Of a stretch of 64,000 bases of DNA, positions 12,938 to 26,631 are shown piece after piece. The notes beneath the pieces were generated by a model, which saw nothing but the letters and a program-made list of their open reading frames with translations, was not told where the DNA came from and did not search any database. Position numbers and translations under genes: made by a program. The DNA comes from Macrostomum lignano. Its lineage: Eukaryota. Every line of letters begins with the position of its first letter. Positions within the stretch are counted from its first letter, which is position 1. The stretch is taken from the NCBI GenBank assembly GCA_002269645.1, contig NIVC01000557.1:208109-272108 (forward strand), read 5' to 3'.

Positions 12938-13948
12938 ACATAGAATCGCCCACAGAACCATGGAATTGCCCACAGAACTATAAAATTGCCCACAGAACCA
13001 TAGAATTGCCCACAGAACCATAGAATTGCCCACAAAACCATAGAATCGCACACAGACCCATAGAATCGCCAACAGAACCATAGAATCGCCAACAGAACCA
13101 TAGAATCGCCCACAGAACCATAGAATCGCCCACAGAACGATAGAATCACCCACAAAACCATAGAATCGCCAACAGAACCATAGAATTGCCCACAGAACCA
13201 TAGAATCACCACAAAACCATTGAATCGCACACAGACCCATAGAATCGCCAACAGAACCATAGAATCGCCAACAGAACCATAGAATCGCCCACAGAACCAT
13301 AGAATCGCCCACAGAACGATAGAATCACCCACAGAACCATAGAATCGCCAACAGAACCATAGAATCGCCCACAGAACCATAGAATCGCCAACAGAACCAT
13401 AGAATCGCCCACAGAACCATATAATCGCCCACAGAACGATAGAATCACCCACAGAACCATAGAATCGCCAACAGAACCATAGAATTGCCCACAGAACTAT
13501 AAAATTGCCCACATAACCATAGAATTGCCCACAGAACCATAGAATCACCACAAAACCATAGAATCGCACACAGACCCATAGAATCGCCAACAGAACCATA
13601 GAATCGCCAACAGAACCATAGAATCGCCAACAGAACCATAGAATCGCAAAACAGACCCATAGAATCGCCAACAGAACCATAGAATCGCCAACAGAACCAT
13701 AGAATCACAACAGAACCATAGAATCACAACAGAACCATAGAATCGCCCACAGAACCATAGAATCGTCCACAGAACCATAGAATCGCCCACAGAACGATAG
13801 AATCGCCCACAGACCCATAGAATCACCCACAGAACCATAGAATCGCCCACAGAACCATAGAATCGCCCACAGAACGATAGAATCACCCACAGAACCATAG
13901 AATCGCCCACAGAACCATAGAATCGCCCACAGAACAATAGAATCGCCC
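12938..13948. repeat. ~20-bp minisatellite, duplicated copy
   Basis: Same repeat as 1-958. Confidence 0.97.
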
Positions 13949-14571
13949 CTGAAGCTCCATATCGGATAACCAAAACAATTATCATGGTCACGTAGAATCA
14001 TTGCTTCCGTTTCAGCGAGCGGTTGACATTTCAATTATAATTCTACAATTATATTGGAGACTTGCTTCGTTGCTAAAACACATTCACTTCCATATAGCCT
14101 GCATATGAAGATTACGTAATCCATTAGCACTTGGTGCTGCTTGAAGTTCCATGTTCAATCTTTTTAAGCACCCATCTAGCGATACAGATCTATCTCTTAT
14201 TCTGCATCTTCCCTTGACATATTTCGTGCTGGTCAGTAAGGGCTATCATGTCTAGAAATTTGAAGATTTTTTCAAAGCATTAACATTTTTGTTGTCTTCT
14301 TTTGCAACATGTCAATCGGAAGATATGTTAGTGTTTGTCAGTAGAAACAAAAAACATTTGCTGCGTCTGCAAAAAACAGGAGAAGAGAGATCAGATACAG
14401 AAATCTCCAGTGCCCCAAAGTCTTTGACCCCTGAACTGAACTGATGGGAGCTGTGTGCATGGAATATCTCACAAGCCCAAAACTTCATATAGGCTTTGTA
14501 CGGAATTTCCCATTGTCAAAAAACTCTTGCTTACTAATTCCGCTAGCTTAACAACTTAAACTAATTTGACA

Positions 14572-15548
14572 ATGTGAAGAATCGAGCTTGTGAAGAATCG
14601 AGTCTGTGACGAATCGAGCTTGTGATGAATCGAGCTTGTGAAGAATCGAGCTTGTGAAGAATCGAGCTTGTGAAGAATCGAGCTTGTGAAGAATCGAGCT
14701 TGTGAGGAATCGAGCTTGTGAAGAATGGAGCTTGTGAGGAATCGAGCTTGTGAAGAATCGAGTCTGTGAAGAATGGAGCTTGTGAAGGATCCAGCTTGTG
14801 AAAAATCGAGCTTGTGAAGAATCAAGCTTGTGAAGGATCGAGCTTGTGAAGAATCGAGCTTGTGAAGAATGGAGCTTGTGAGGAATCGAGCTTGTGAAGA
14901 ATCGAGTCTGTGAAGAAGGAGCTTGTGAAGGATCGAGCTTGTGAAGAATCGAGCTTGTGAAGAATCGAGCTTGTGAAGAATCGAGCTTGTGAAGAATCGA
15001 GCTTGTGAAGAATCGAGCTTGTGAAGAATCGAGTCTGTGAAGAATCGAGCTTGTGAAGAATCGAGCTTGTGAAGAATCGAGTCTGTGACGAATCGAGCTT
15101 GTGACGAATCGAGCTTGTTAAAAATCTAGCTTGTGAAGAATCGAGTCTGTGAAGAATGGAGCTTGTGAAGGATCGAGCTTGTGAAGAATCGAGCTTATGA
15201 AGAATCGAGCTTGTGAAGAATCGAGCTTGTGAAGAATCGAGCTTGTGAAGAATCGAGCTTGTGAAGAATCGAGTCTGTGAAGAATGGAGCTTGTGAAGGA
15301 TCGAGCTTGTGAAGAATCGAGCTTATGAAGAATCGAGCTTGTGAAGAATCGAGCTTGTGAAGAATCGAGCTTGTGAAGAATCGAGCTTGTGAAGAATCGA
15401 GCTTGTGAAGAATCGAGCTTGTGAAGAATCGAGTCTGTGAAGAATCGAGCTTGTGAAGAATGGAGCTTGTGAAGATTCGAGTCTGTGAAGAATCGAGCTT
15501 GTGAAGAATCGAGCTTGTGAAGAACTGAGCTTGTGAAGTTTCGAGCTT
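14572..15548. repeat. 16-bp minisatellite, duplicated copy
   Basis: Same repeat as 1582-2558. Confidence 0.97.
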
Positions 15549-17222
15549 CGAACTTTTCTGTCTTCCTCTGAAAACAAGATCTTTCAAGATGGCTTGGAAG
15601 AATGAAAGAAGGGTCGCATGATTCCGAAGCCATTTGAACTGAGAGGCAGAAACTTAAGGAAGCGATTTAAAAGATAAGAAGATATACATGTGTCTAACAA
15701 AAATGACTACTTTATTAAAACGCTAATAATTGTATTGTTCCAATTATTTTATACATTCTAAGACCCGGAAAATCTAGTCAATAACTCTATTAGCAATAAT
15801 TTGAATTCGATTTCTGCCGATCAATATCGATAGCTGATATTGCTAAGAGTAAGGATTGCTGGGAGCTCACACCACCTGCTGTGTTTGCCCAATTAGTGTC
15901 AATAACCAATCAGAGATGCTAAGAGTTTGCACAGTTCAGTTCAGTAAGAAGTGTCTACACTGTGTAGTTGTGTCAGTCATTTTTCTCTCACCACGCTGTT
16001 CCTCATTTCTCCAGTTCCCCATCTTCATCTCATTATTTAATAGTGAAATTTTTGCTAGCAATTTCTGGCTATAGTTTTTAACGATCTGTTTAAACAGGTC
16101 AACTTTGACAGTGAGCAAGTATTGTTTCAAGAGCTCAACTCACTCAGGTCCATATTGTAGACAGAACGAGGAGTGGGAGAAAAGAGGGGAGAGGTCCAGA
16201 ATCTCTTCTTCATCATCGTTTCAGACTCCTATTATACGGTAAATCCCATTAGAAAGCTGAATCGTTTAATCAGGTTGAGAGAAGACTTGAGTCGGCGGTA
16301 TAAGCTTGGTTTACGCTGTGTCAACACGTTCTGGGGAGTTCCGAAGAGAGTCAGTCAGTCTCAAGTCTGAAAGGGTTTTTGAAGCGATATTGAGAAAGTG
16401 ACTGATGATCTCCAGTCTTTGAGTTCTGTATAAGCAATAGAAACCCCCTTGAAGCTCGCTTTACACACATATTAGTGCCTGAGTGCAGGGATTGGCATCT
16501 TCAGTTTCATTCTTGACCCACTGCGATCGAGGCCCTATACGTATATGCGCATGGGGGTTGGGAAAAATATAGCAAACAGACCAGCAACTTGGCTTTTATA
16601 CTTGGCGGTGCCTGACCGTTGAAATTGGGAGGCGGCGGGCCCGAGAAAGTATGGAGAAAAGCTGGACAAACAAGGCAATCCGAGAGTTCCAAGCCAGCCG
16701 ACGGTTCCCCGAAAATCCCCAAAAAACAAAGGTGTTTCGGTTTGGGGGAGGACTGCAATAATAAACACCTATAAGACAGGGATGCAGGCTTGAGGATCAA
16801 ATTGTTTGCACACTCCTGCGCAGTGTGGGTGTCCGGCTAAACCTTATCGAATAGATTTTTTTCTCTTGGCAAAAAATGGCTAATTTTTTTCCTTGTGCGG
16901 AAAATAGCGGAGAATGCCGAGAGCCGCGTGAATAGGAGATGTCAGCTGTCTGTCACGATCGCTGGCCAAATGTAAAAAAGAAGAATTCGATTCCCAAAGT
17001 CTGGCAAACTTGCAATGCGGTCTTTGAATTCCTCAGCAACTTAGGTGGCCGGTTTTCCGTCTGCTGGTCTGAGGAATGCTGCAAGAGGGTTGGACAACTC
17101 TCGATTGTTTTCTAAAATTGTGCATAATATGCATCTATTGTTTGTTTATATTGTTTTGATAACTACGAGTATTGAATTACATGTATATAGGATGTTAAAA
17201 CAGGCTGAAGACAGAAAGAGTA

Positions 17223-17681
17223 TTGAGTGAGATATGGAGAGACTACTGAGTGAGATACGGAGAGAGTGCTGAGTGAGATATGGAGAGAGTGCTGAGTGAG
17301 ATATGGAGAGAGTGCTGAGTGAGATATGGAGAGAGTGCTGAGTGAGATATGGAGAGAGTGCTGAGTGAGATATGGAGAGACTACTGAGTGAGATATGGAG
17401 AGAGTGCTGAGTGAGATATGAAGAGAGCATTGAGTGAGATGGAGAGAGTGCTGAGTGAGATATGGAGAGAGTGCTGAGTGAGATATGGAGAGAGTGCTGA
17501 GTGAGATATGGAGAGAGTGCTGAGTGAGATATGGAGAGAGCATTGAGTGAGATGGAGAGAGTGCTGAGTGAGATATGGAGAGAGCATTGAGTGAGATGGA
17601 GAGAGTGCTGAGTGAGATATGGAGAGAGCGTTGAGTGAGATATGGAGAAGATATGGAGAGAGTGTTGAGTGAGATAGAGAG
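17223..17681. repeat. 23-bp minisatellite, duplicated copy
   Basis: Same repeat as 4232-4690. Confidence 0.95.
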
Positions 17682-17755
17682 ATTAGTAAGTCATAATTCG
17701 TTATCCGTTGATATTACGCAATGTAATTTTAACAAGCCGTGTCCTGTCCCCACAG

Positions 17756-19256
17756 CTGGAATCCAATTTGAAGCGCTCCGAAAGCGAACAGTCCCGCGAG
17801 TTGCAACGCCTCCGCTGCCTGTTGGACACCTACGGCCTGTTGCTAGGTCAGGTGAATCGACTGCGAATGAAATGCGGCCTCGAGCCTCTGCAGGACTTTC
17901 GGAACACTGGCGGACTCAATGTCGAGTGAGTTGATGCATGCCACACTTGGGATTATCTGGAGCCCTCTAGGGGGGTTTGATTGCTAGTCTAATAGACTAA
18001 AATATTGAAATTCAAGTAGGAACCGGTTTAAATGCAGCAATACAGTTTGAGTTCGATTTAAGTAAAGAAGTTTCAGTTTTTTACGAGCAGTAGCATTAAA
18101 TAAATTTTTTATTAAGCTATTTTCTTTATTAAATGCAAAAAGTGCAACCAACGACAGTGGCGAAAAGCAAGCAAAGTTCCTAATGTACTTTTATATGTGA
18201 AGTCTTATAGCTCGAAACGTGGATATTTCTCGACCGAGTAAAAAACCCCAGTCAGATCTTTCCGAAATCCGTTTAGACAAAAAACCGTATCTTGAGCAAT
18301 TCCGCTCTTCAATGATGTATTTTTAAGCTGTATTTTTAGCATAACTACGAATACTGTAGCTTCAAAAGTTCAGGGCTTACTTTGCAGAATAAAATTCCTG
18401 TCTCTCAAACATAATTCAAAGTACATGTAGTGGCAAGTCTTTAAAAATATTCCCGTACATTGACACGTGTTGTGCGAGCTTGCGAGCAGTGGAGTTGGTT
18501 ATTATGTCATGATTTCAGCAAAAGTACTCCTCCGGTTCTAACCACCCCTAATCCCGAATTGCATCCAGCATCGCGAACAAATGCGGCCAGATCCCGATGG
18601 GCAACACTGGGTCAGCCGTGGCCGCGGCAGCCGCTTTCGACTTCATGAGCCGGCACCTGCTGGGTTTCGGGGCGCCGTTCCTGCCGAATTTTGGCGGCGT
18701 TGGCGGCGGCGGCGGTGGCGGAGCATTCCTGCCGCCGCCTCCCGGATCTGCCGTCTATCATCATCTCCAGCATCAGCACCAGCAGCATCATCAGCATCAG
18801 CATAATCAGCAGCAGCAACAGTCGCTGCCACCACCTCCACCGCCAATGTCCGCGGCAGCAGCAGCCGCTGCCGCCGCTGTAGCAGCCGCCGCCGCAGCCG
18901 CCGTCAGCTCTTCGTCGAGCAGCCTGTGCGGCCGGCTCTACCCTCCTCCTCACCCGCACTCCCTGACCCCGAGGCCGGGCAGCTCAAACGCCGCCCTGCA
19001 CCAGCCGGCAGCTCTGTCAACAACTTCCTCGTCCTGCCCATCGGCTGGCGTCTCCATGCAGCAGCCGATGCCGCAAGTCTGTGCCACGGCCACGGCCGCC
19101 GCCTTTCGTCAACAACCGCCGCCGATGAAAGCTTGCACCTCCTGCCACCAGCAGATTCACCGGAATGCGCCAATCTGCCCGCTCTGCAAAGCCAAGAGCC
19201 GGTCTAAGAATCCCAAGAAGCAGAAGCGAAAGATTGACGGCTCGCTGATTGGTTGA
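17756..19256 (+). CDS. ZC4H2: ZC4H2 orthologue, copy 2 (exons 17756-17925 and 18569-19256)
   Basis: Same translation as copy 1, inside the duplicated block. Confidence 0.9.
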
Positions 19257-20557
19257 GAGACTCTCAGTATCTCCCTGACCGAAAATTCACAAGCAGATCG
19301 AGCGTTTCACTTTTGCATGCAATCGCAGGGACTATAAAACTAACTAATAATACGGTTCCTTTAGCGATCGATATCGATGCATGCATATGCGACCGGTTGT
19401 ATTACTAGGTACTATATTTTTAATACACCGGCTGTACATGTATGTATTAATATTTCAACGGTGCTAATACTAGTAGTATACTAATGATATGTTATCCATT
19501 CCATGAAATGCTGGGGCACCATATGCAGATGAAATCGCTATAGGAATGCAGAATTAGTTGTCACATGTAAACCTGTCGTGCCGCGAAGGGAGCTACATGT
19601 ACGTAACAGTAATAGTGTAGGTTGCGGGCCGACAGACCAAATTTGTTTTTAGACTGTTCATTTGGTTTACATGTACGTTTAATATGTTAATAATGGCACT
19701 TTACATGCATGTAATTGAATAAAAATTCAACGAGGTCCACTCGATCAGGACTGTGTAACAAGAAATCATTCATATATTAGATCCTCAATCAAAGAGCGCG
19801 CCCGTGCACTGGTAGTCTTTTCATCGAAATTTCCCAACAGAATACACACAAGAGTATTTATTCTATTTCGGAATCTACGCAGGTGTATTTTTTGCACAAT
19901 GGTAGAATGGGTAAAAAAATCACAGGGTTTGGCATGTTGTTTCATTGTATACTAGGCCCACACTACAGGGAGCGATTCAAAAGCAATAAAATTTTCAAAA
20001 AATTTTATGTTCCATATACAATAATGTAATACACTAACTGTATTTAGTAAAAAAGTTTGCTATCTTAAAATTTTACCATATATTTGTTTAAATGGTCAAC
20101 GTATAAATCGCATCAATATGACGTTGAATAAGCAGACTCAACTGCTTCAGTAGTTAGTGTCAGACTGGATCATCAGGACACATATGGGCGATATGGCTTA
20201 TGTCGTATGACGTTAAACATATGTTAATTTTTCATTGACATTAGAAGGCCTATAATTTTTATAAAATATTATGTATTACCTACCTAATTTATATTTAATT
20301 TAGATCTATATTCCTGAAAGCATTGGTAGGCCCATTAAAGTGCTATCCTAGGCTTAATTTTTGTTGAGTAGGGGCCTAAATTAAATTAAGAGTACATAGC
20401 AATGGCCTAGGCAAATTTAACAATGAGCAGAACTCAAAAAAGTTAAGCATTGGCAATATTTGTGAGAGCTAAAATTGCAGCTAGTATTGTATAAAATATC
20501 AATAACCCAAAGGCCAAAGCTAGGCCTAATGCCGTAGGCTTAACCCATAGGCCTATA

Positions 20558-20855
20558 CATACATGTGCAACCTCCAAAATTCGGTCAGCCGTGCGACTTA
20601 GTTTTAACAAAAATGCGACGTAGTTTTTGGCCAAAAATGCGACTTACATATAAAAAAACCCGAAAGCAAAATCAACGCAACTTTGGGTAAACGGCAGGAG
20701 TAACTATGACTGTTTTATTAAGCTAAAATGCCTCGTCAGCTACTTAGTACTACTCTTCAGGTTATTTTTTGGGTGGGCATTTTTGCGACTTCCTTGATTG
20801 GCCGCCAAATCGGTCGGCCGGATCGGCCGACTCGGCCGACTGTTGCGCATGTATG
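20558..20855. mobile_element. hAT-type MITE (duplicate of 7567-7864)
   Basis: Same TIRs and GGCCTATA TSD. Confidence 0.9.
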
Positions 20856-21455
20856 GGCCTATATGGCCTTATGATAAGGCCATGGCCATCTATAATATTT
20901 CCTTTTAGATTTGAAACAAAATAGTACAAATGAGATTGAGAATTTATAGGCCTAGGTAGTGCTGGTCTAGCCTAGCTTTTTATGTTAAGAAGTAAAGTAG
21001 TAATTATTAAAGTAGTAGGCCTAATAAATAGGCCTATTAATTAATTTGTTATAATTAGACCTAGACATTTCATATTTATACAATTATAGGCCTATTAAAA
21101 AGTTTTGGCAATAATATGCTGTGTGCACTTATAGGCTAGTAGGCCTAGCTAGGATCAAATTGTTTGTGGTTAGTTTGCTAGGATATATTGCTTTGTCTAT
21201 TGTCAGTTAATTTGCTGGCAAATAAAATGAGTTTTTAGTGGTGGGTATGTTTATTGTTTGTTTAGTATAATTATGAGGTAGGGGTTAAGAAAGATAATAA
21301 AAAAAATTTGGATTTGGATTTTCCTTGTAACTGATTGGCATTGAGTTTGCACAAATGAATACAGAAATGGTGCAGACGAATCACAACAAATTGCTTTCTC
21401 CTGTTTTATTCCAACAGCCGGGGTCCTCAAATTCTGGGGGGAGGGTAGTCGTAAT

Positions 21456-21759
21456 CATACATGCGCAACTTCCAAAATTCGGTCGGCCATGCGACTTAGT
21501 TTTAACAAAAAATGCGACGCAGTTTTTGGCCAAAAATGCGACTTACGTAATAAAAACTGTAAAGCAAAATTAACGCAACTTTGGGTAAACGGCAGAAGTA
21601 ACTATAACTGTCTTATTAGGGCAAAATGGCTCGTAATGGCTCTAATGGCTTAGTAATACTACTTAGGTTTTTTTGGGTGGGCATTTTTGCGACTTCCTTG
21701 ATTGGCTGCCAAATCGGTCGGCCGGATCGGCCGACTCGGCCGACTGTTGCGCATGTATG
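21456..21759. mobile_element. hAT-type MITE (duplicate of 8464-8767)
   Basis: Same TIRs and GTCGTAAT TSD. Confidence 0.9.
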
Positions 21760-24758
21760 GTCGTAATTGTAGCGGAGCAGTCTTGTAGCGGCATGGTTGT
21801 TCAAACAATAATACACCGGAGATTTTGGTGTCATAAAATTAATGTGTTGATTTGCTGAGCTGGTTACTTTTGGTAGGGTAGTTGCTGCCACCACTATAAT
21901 TTACATATTTTGGAACAAATTAAGTCTTAGAGCTTTCTTTGAGATGAGAACTTTGGTTTTTTTATGCCCCATAGGCAAATGACTCAAGAAATACTATGGC
22001 TTATGTCAATAGATAAATGTGGTGTTTATGTTTATTAAGTTTCGTTTATTATTTAGCAGGCTTAATAAAGAAAGTTACTAATGCTATTAATAATTAGGAC
22101 AATTACTGGGGTTTGCGTTTAATTTGTTACGATGACAATGATTGTGGGCGCCAGTGCACAAAACGAGTTAAGAAAGTAAAATTGAACAAAACTTGGCAAA
22201 AGAAATCTGAAGTGGAGGAGGAGAAGAAACGCATGAACCTAAAGTGGCACATCATGGGCTATATAAATATTAATGGAGAGGCTGCAGTCAATGAGTGTGG
22301 CTGCCACTGGTCACACTAGTAGACCAAAATCTTGGACGTGGACACAACAGATGGAACAGCTTTATTGACATGCAAATTGAGAAAATAAAACAAAAAATTT
22401 AAGCAAAATTCCAGCAGGGGAAAACTCTTTTTTTCCACAGAATGGGATGACAAAACACTTGCTAGATCTCTAATCAAAAGAACATGAGAAAAAATTATTA
22501 GCAAACAGACAGGAAAAAATTAACTCTTTTGTGAGCAGTTTGAAGGGCTATTAAAAAATAAAACAGTTAATTAAAATTCAGACCAGTGGCACCTAACTGC
22601 CACAATTATATGACAAATATTGTATGATTAGTTAATTAATTCAGGTATAATTTAGCCATCAATATTCAAAGCAAAAAACAAATTATTATAGTTTATTTAT
22701 ACACTGCTTAATATAATTTAAAGAGATGACACTATGTAATTTAGCTTTCATTTTTAACTGTGATTTTAAACTTTGATTTTTATATTTTAATTATGATTTT
22801 GTAACCTATTTCCTATGAATTTAGTTGTAGTTATCCCATCTCCTATTTTTTCACTATGAACTCTTTTTTTGACTCTAAAGAAAAAACCACATGAGCTTTA
22901 AACTTTGTGCAAAATTTCTCCCAAAATGTAAATTGAAAACTTCCAACTGCTGATCATTCATCTGCTTATTTGCTTATTTGCTGCAAATACTGCTCTTTAC
23001 ACTAATATATGCTTTGCTGCTTCATTGCTAGGTATTGTTTTCATTGGACACAATAGCATAGCAGATGAACTGTCCACCTTAGCATGGATCTCCAGTAGAC
23101 AAACTGATAGCAGATTAAATGACCTAGTTTGCCCCTAGTTTGTACTATAGACAACAGGAAAAATGACTATTGCTTCATGGCTACACCAATACATGATTAA
23201 ATTGAGTGCTTATAAAATAAACTAGATTATAAAATGGTAATATTAGGGCAATGCCAACTTTGATTATAGCTACAATAAAATGTTAGTATGAATAGATAAC
23301 TTGCTATTGCAATAATTGAATGAATTATGAATACTTGATAAATATCTAAAACAATAAGATCTAATAAAATCGCTATCATTTTGCACCACTGCCAAGAAAG
23401 TGTTCAGTGTATGCCAGAGTTTTTTAGGCAAAATTGAAAGTTATATACCAATTATGCCAAAAATTAGAAATGTGACTGTCATGTATACCAAAATTTCAAA
23501 ATGATGCAACCTTACTTTGCCCTATGAGAATAAAGATAAATGATCCTTTTTACATTCCAACAATCAAGGACCTTTTCTATTGTTAGGTTTGATGTTTACA
23601 TGTACATTATAACAAAATAAGTGTTGTATCTATTACTTTATAACAACTTGCAATCACAAAGTTCTAAAACTTAAACCCTTTAAAAACACTATCACATTCA
23701 ATTAGTATATATATATATATATACATATTTATTTATTCATATATATACTTTTTAAGACTCAAACACACCAAATATGCATGTTAATGAACTTAGAACTATA
23801 AATACAAAATAGTCTCCTTTGTAGGTAGCCATTAATATCCATTTTTATATGCTTTTTGTCTAATATAAGATTTGAATAAAGATATATGATAACTGAAATT
23901 TCACTATACATATAGTTATTATCTGCATATATCAGAATTTTATTAATTGTGCTTATACAATTCTCATACAATATAAAAATCTATTTTCATAATTAAGCTA
24001 GTTGCTATATATAATATAGTGCTCATAGGGTTGCTTATGCATCATTGGAAAGATAATTTCATTGATTTCTTTTTCTCTTGCCTAATATAACAATCCGTAT
24101 ATCTTCCAAAAATATATATTGTATATAAAGATGACATATTGAACATGTTTTATACCCTTAGTCTAACTAATTTTAGCTAAGATTAAAAATATTTAGTCCA
24201 ACATATATTGTCTCTTAGAAATTGAAAATATATAATAAAGTTCTAGCAAATGCCAATGCCTACTTGAAGCTACCAATATCTCTACCCTATCCTTTGCATT
24301 GCTAATCCTTTCTGATTAGTTGTAGAAGTTTGCAGGCTTCATGTGTATAGATTAATTCTATTTTGCAATTGGTAGGTGTCTGAAATCCTTAAGAATCCAA
24401 ATAATTATGAGATTATTAATAATTCACATGAAATATAAACTATAAAAATATCAAATATGAATAGGCTTGAAACAATAGGATGTCAATGTCATTTTTGCAT
24501 CCTGGGTCCGAATCAAGGATTTCAAATTAAAGTTAATATGTCATTTGTGACATACCCTATGGGTCTATGAGCCAACAAACCTAGACTGTAATATGTATTA
24601 TAGATATAGGCTTTAAATTTAGTTTTAAATATTGCCATTGCCAAGTGTAGTCAGTACCTGATAATCATTATTAATAAATTTCAGGTGCCTATATTCAACA
24701 GAGCACCACTTGTTATTATTGTATTGCCTTAGGTCACTTGCTAATCAATCAATCAATC

Positions 24759-26631
24759 ATGAAGGCACAACAACAACAACAACAGCAACCTCCCAATGCG
24801 CAACTTCAGGCATCTGTTTCGCCTAGAATAAAAATTGTGCTGGGCGAAAAGCCCTCTGTCACGCACTGTAACCCATTCTACCTCATGAGCAAGGAGCCGC
24901 CACAGGAGGCGCCATTGACTGGAGCTTCCAATTTGATCAAGCATCACGATCTTGAGCAGGCTTATTCTATGTACTGTACCAGGCGTTTGCGTGAGGAGCT
25001 GTCGTGTTTTCTGCCTGGGTTACCTGGGCAGATTGATACTAATGGGTGAGTCTTGAGTCAGGCTGATTGCTAACAGGTCAGGCTGATTGCTAATAGGTCA
25101 GGCTGATTGCTAACAGATCAGGCTGATTGCTAATAGGTCAGGCTGATTGCTAACAGGTCAGGCTGATTGCTAACAGGTCAGGCTGATTGCTAATAGGTCA
25201 GGCTGATTGCTAACAGATCAGGCTGATTGCTAATAGGTCAGGCTGATTGCTAACAGGTCAGGCTGATTGCTAATAGGTCAGGCTGATTGCTAACAGGTCA
25301 GGCTGATTGCTAACAGGTCAGGCTGATTGCTAATAGGTCAGGCTGATTGCTAACAGGTCAGGCTGATTGCTAATAGGTCAGGCTGATTGCTAACAGGTTA
25401 GGCTGATTGCTAATAGGTCAGGCTGATTATTAATGGGCCAGACTGATTATTGGGTCAGACTGATTATTAATGGGTCAGACTGATGATTAGTGGGTCAGAC
25501 TGATTATTAATGGGCCAGACTGATTATTGGGTCAGACTGATTATTGGGTCAGACTGATGATTAGTGGGTCAGACTGATGATTAGTGGGCCAGACTGATTA
25601 TTGGGTCAGACTGATTATTAATGGGTCAGACTGATGATTAGTGGGTCAGACTGATTATTAATGGGCCAGACTGATAATTAGTGGATCAGACTGATTATTA
25701 ATGGGCCAGACTGATTATTGGGTCAGACTGATTATTAATGGGCCAGACTGATGATTAGTGGGTCAGACTGATTATTAATGGGCCAGACTGATAATTAATG
25801 GGTCAAACTAATTATTAATGGGTCCAACTGGTTGCTAATGCATGTGTCTAATGACTTATGGGTGTTGGACTGTCAACTCAATATATTATATTTGCATTAA
25901 AATCTCTCTTCAGATTCGAAGACGGCTCATCCCTGTCCGAGATGATCGAGCGACCGCCAGTTACTGGCAAAGATTTGGCCCCACTATCGGCCAATGCCAT
26001 GTCCGCTTTTCGTCTACACGAGGGTCCCGTGCCGCCTGAGCTGGCTCAGTTGTTTAACAAGCCGCCGCCCCAGCAGCAGCAACAGCAGCAGCCGCAGCCA
26101 CCTACTCCCCAATCGTCTCAGCAGTCTCAGCAGCCTCCAGGTCGAACTAGGAAGCGTCGTCACGAAGCCGTCATCACAGATTTGATTGGCAGCAGTCATA
26201 ACGAATCTAATCCAGGCGATAATACCAGTGCCAGCTCTAATACTATTGTTGCTTCTCAATCAACTTCTGCTTCTAGTAGCGTTGGCGTGACCAGTGCTCA
26301 GCCAGTTTCTGCTCCTAGCGCTGCTGCTCACGTGAGCGTCGCTTCTGGCGCTCCGGCTATCAGCAGGTTTGCCGCCGGCGTTCCACCGCTGCCGCCTCCG
26401 CAGCCTTTGCCATCGGCCAGCTCTGCCGCCGCTTCTGTTGCTGCTGCTGCTTCCGCTGCTTCGGCGTCTTCAGCCATGCCGACAGCAGCATTTTCCTCGT
26501 CACCAGCGGCCGCTGGACAGTGCTTGAACTCTGCTTCCGCCGCCGCCGCCGCTAAATTTGATAAAGCCGAACGGAAAGCCGAAAGGAAACGAAAAAAGGA
26601 GAAGAAACGAAAGACAAAAGAGAGGACTTGA
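24759..26631 (+). CDS. MED19: Mediator subunit 19; exons 24759-25045 and 25914-26631
   Basis: PFYLM...LTGASNLIKHHDLEQAY...LSCFLPGLPGQID joined to GSSLSEMIERPP...MSAFRLHEGPVP is the Med19 domain, with a Lys-rich C-tail. GT/AG sites give a phase-2 join (GG|A). AATAAA lies at 26665. The start ATG is inferred. Confidence 0.93.
25057..25830. repeat. MED19 intron minisatellite (complete copy)
   Basis: As 12065-12753 but continuing toward the intron 3' end. Confidence 0.95.

Larger units (their letters stand above)
12754..25745. repeat. Copy 2 of the ~12.99-kb tandem segmental duplication
   Basis: The ORF track and sequence repeat copy 1. Differences noticed: 2325G/15315A, an extra G near 16552, an extra G near 21440, and 12403G/25395A. 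Confidence 0.97.
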
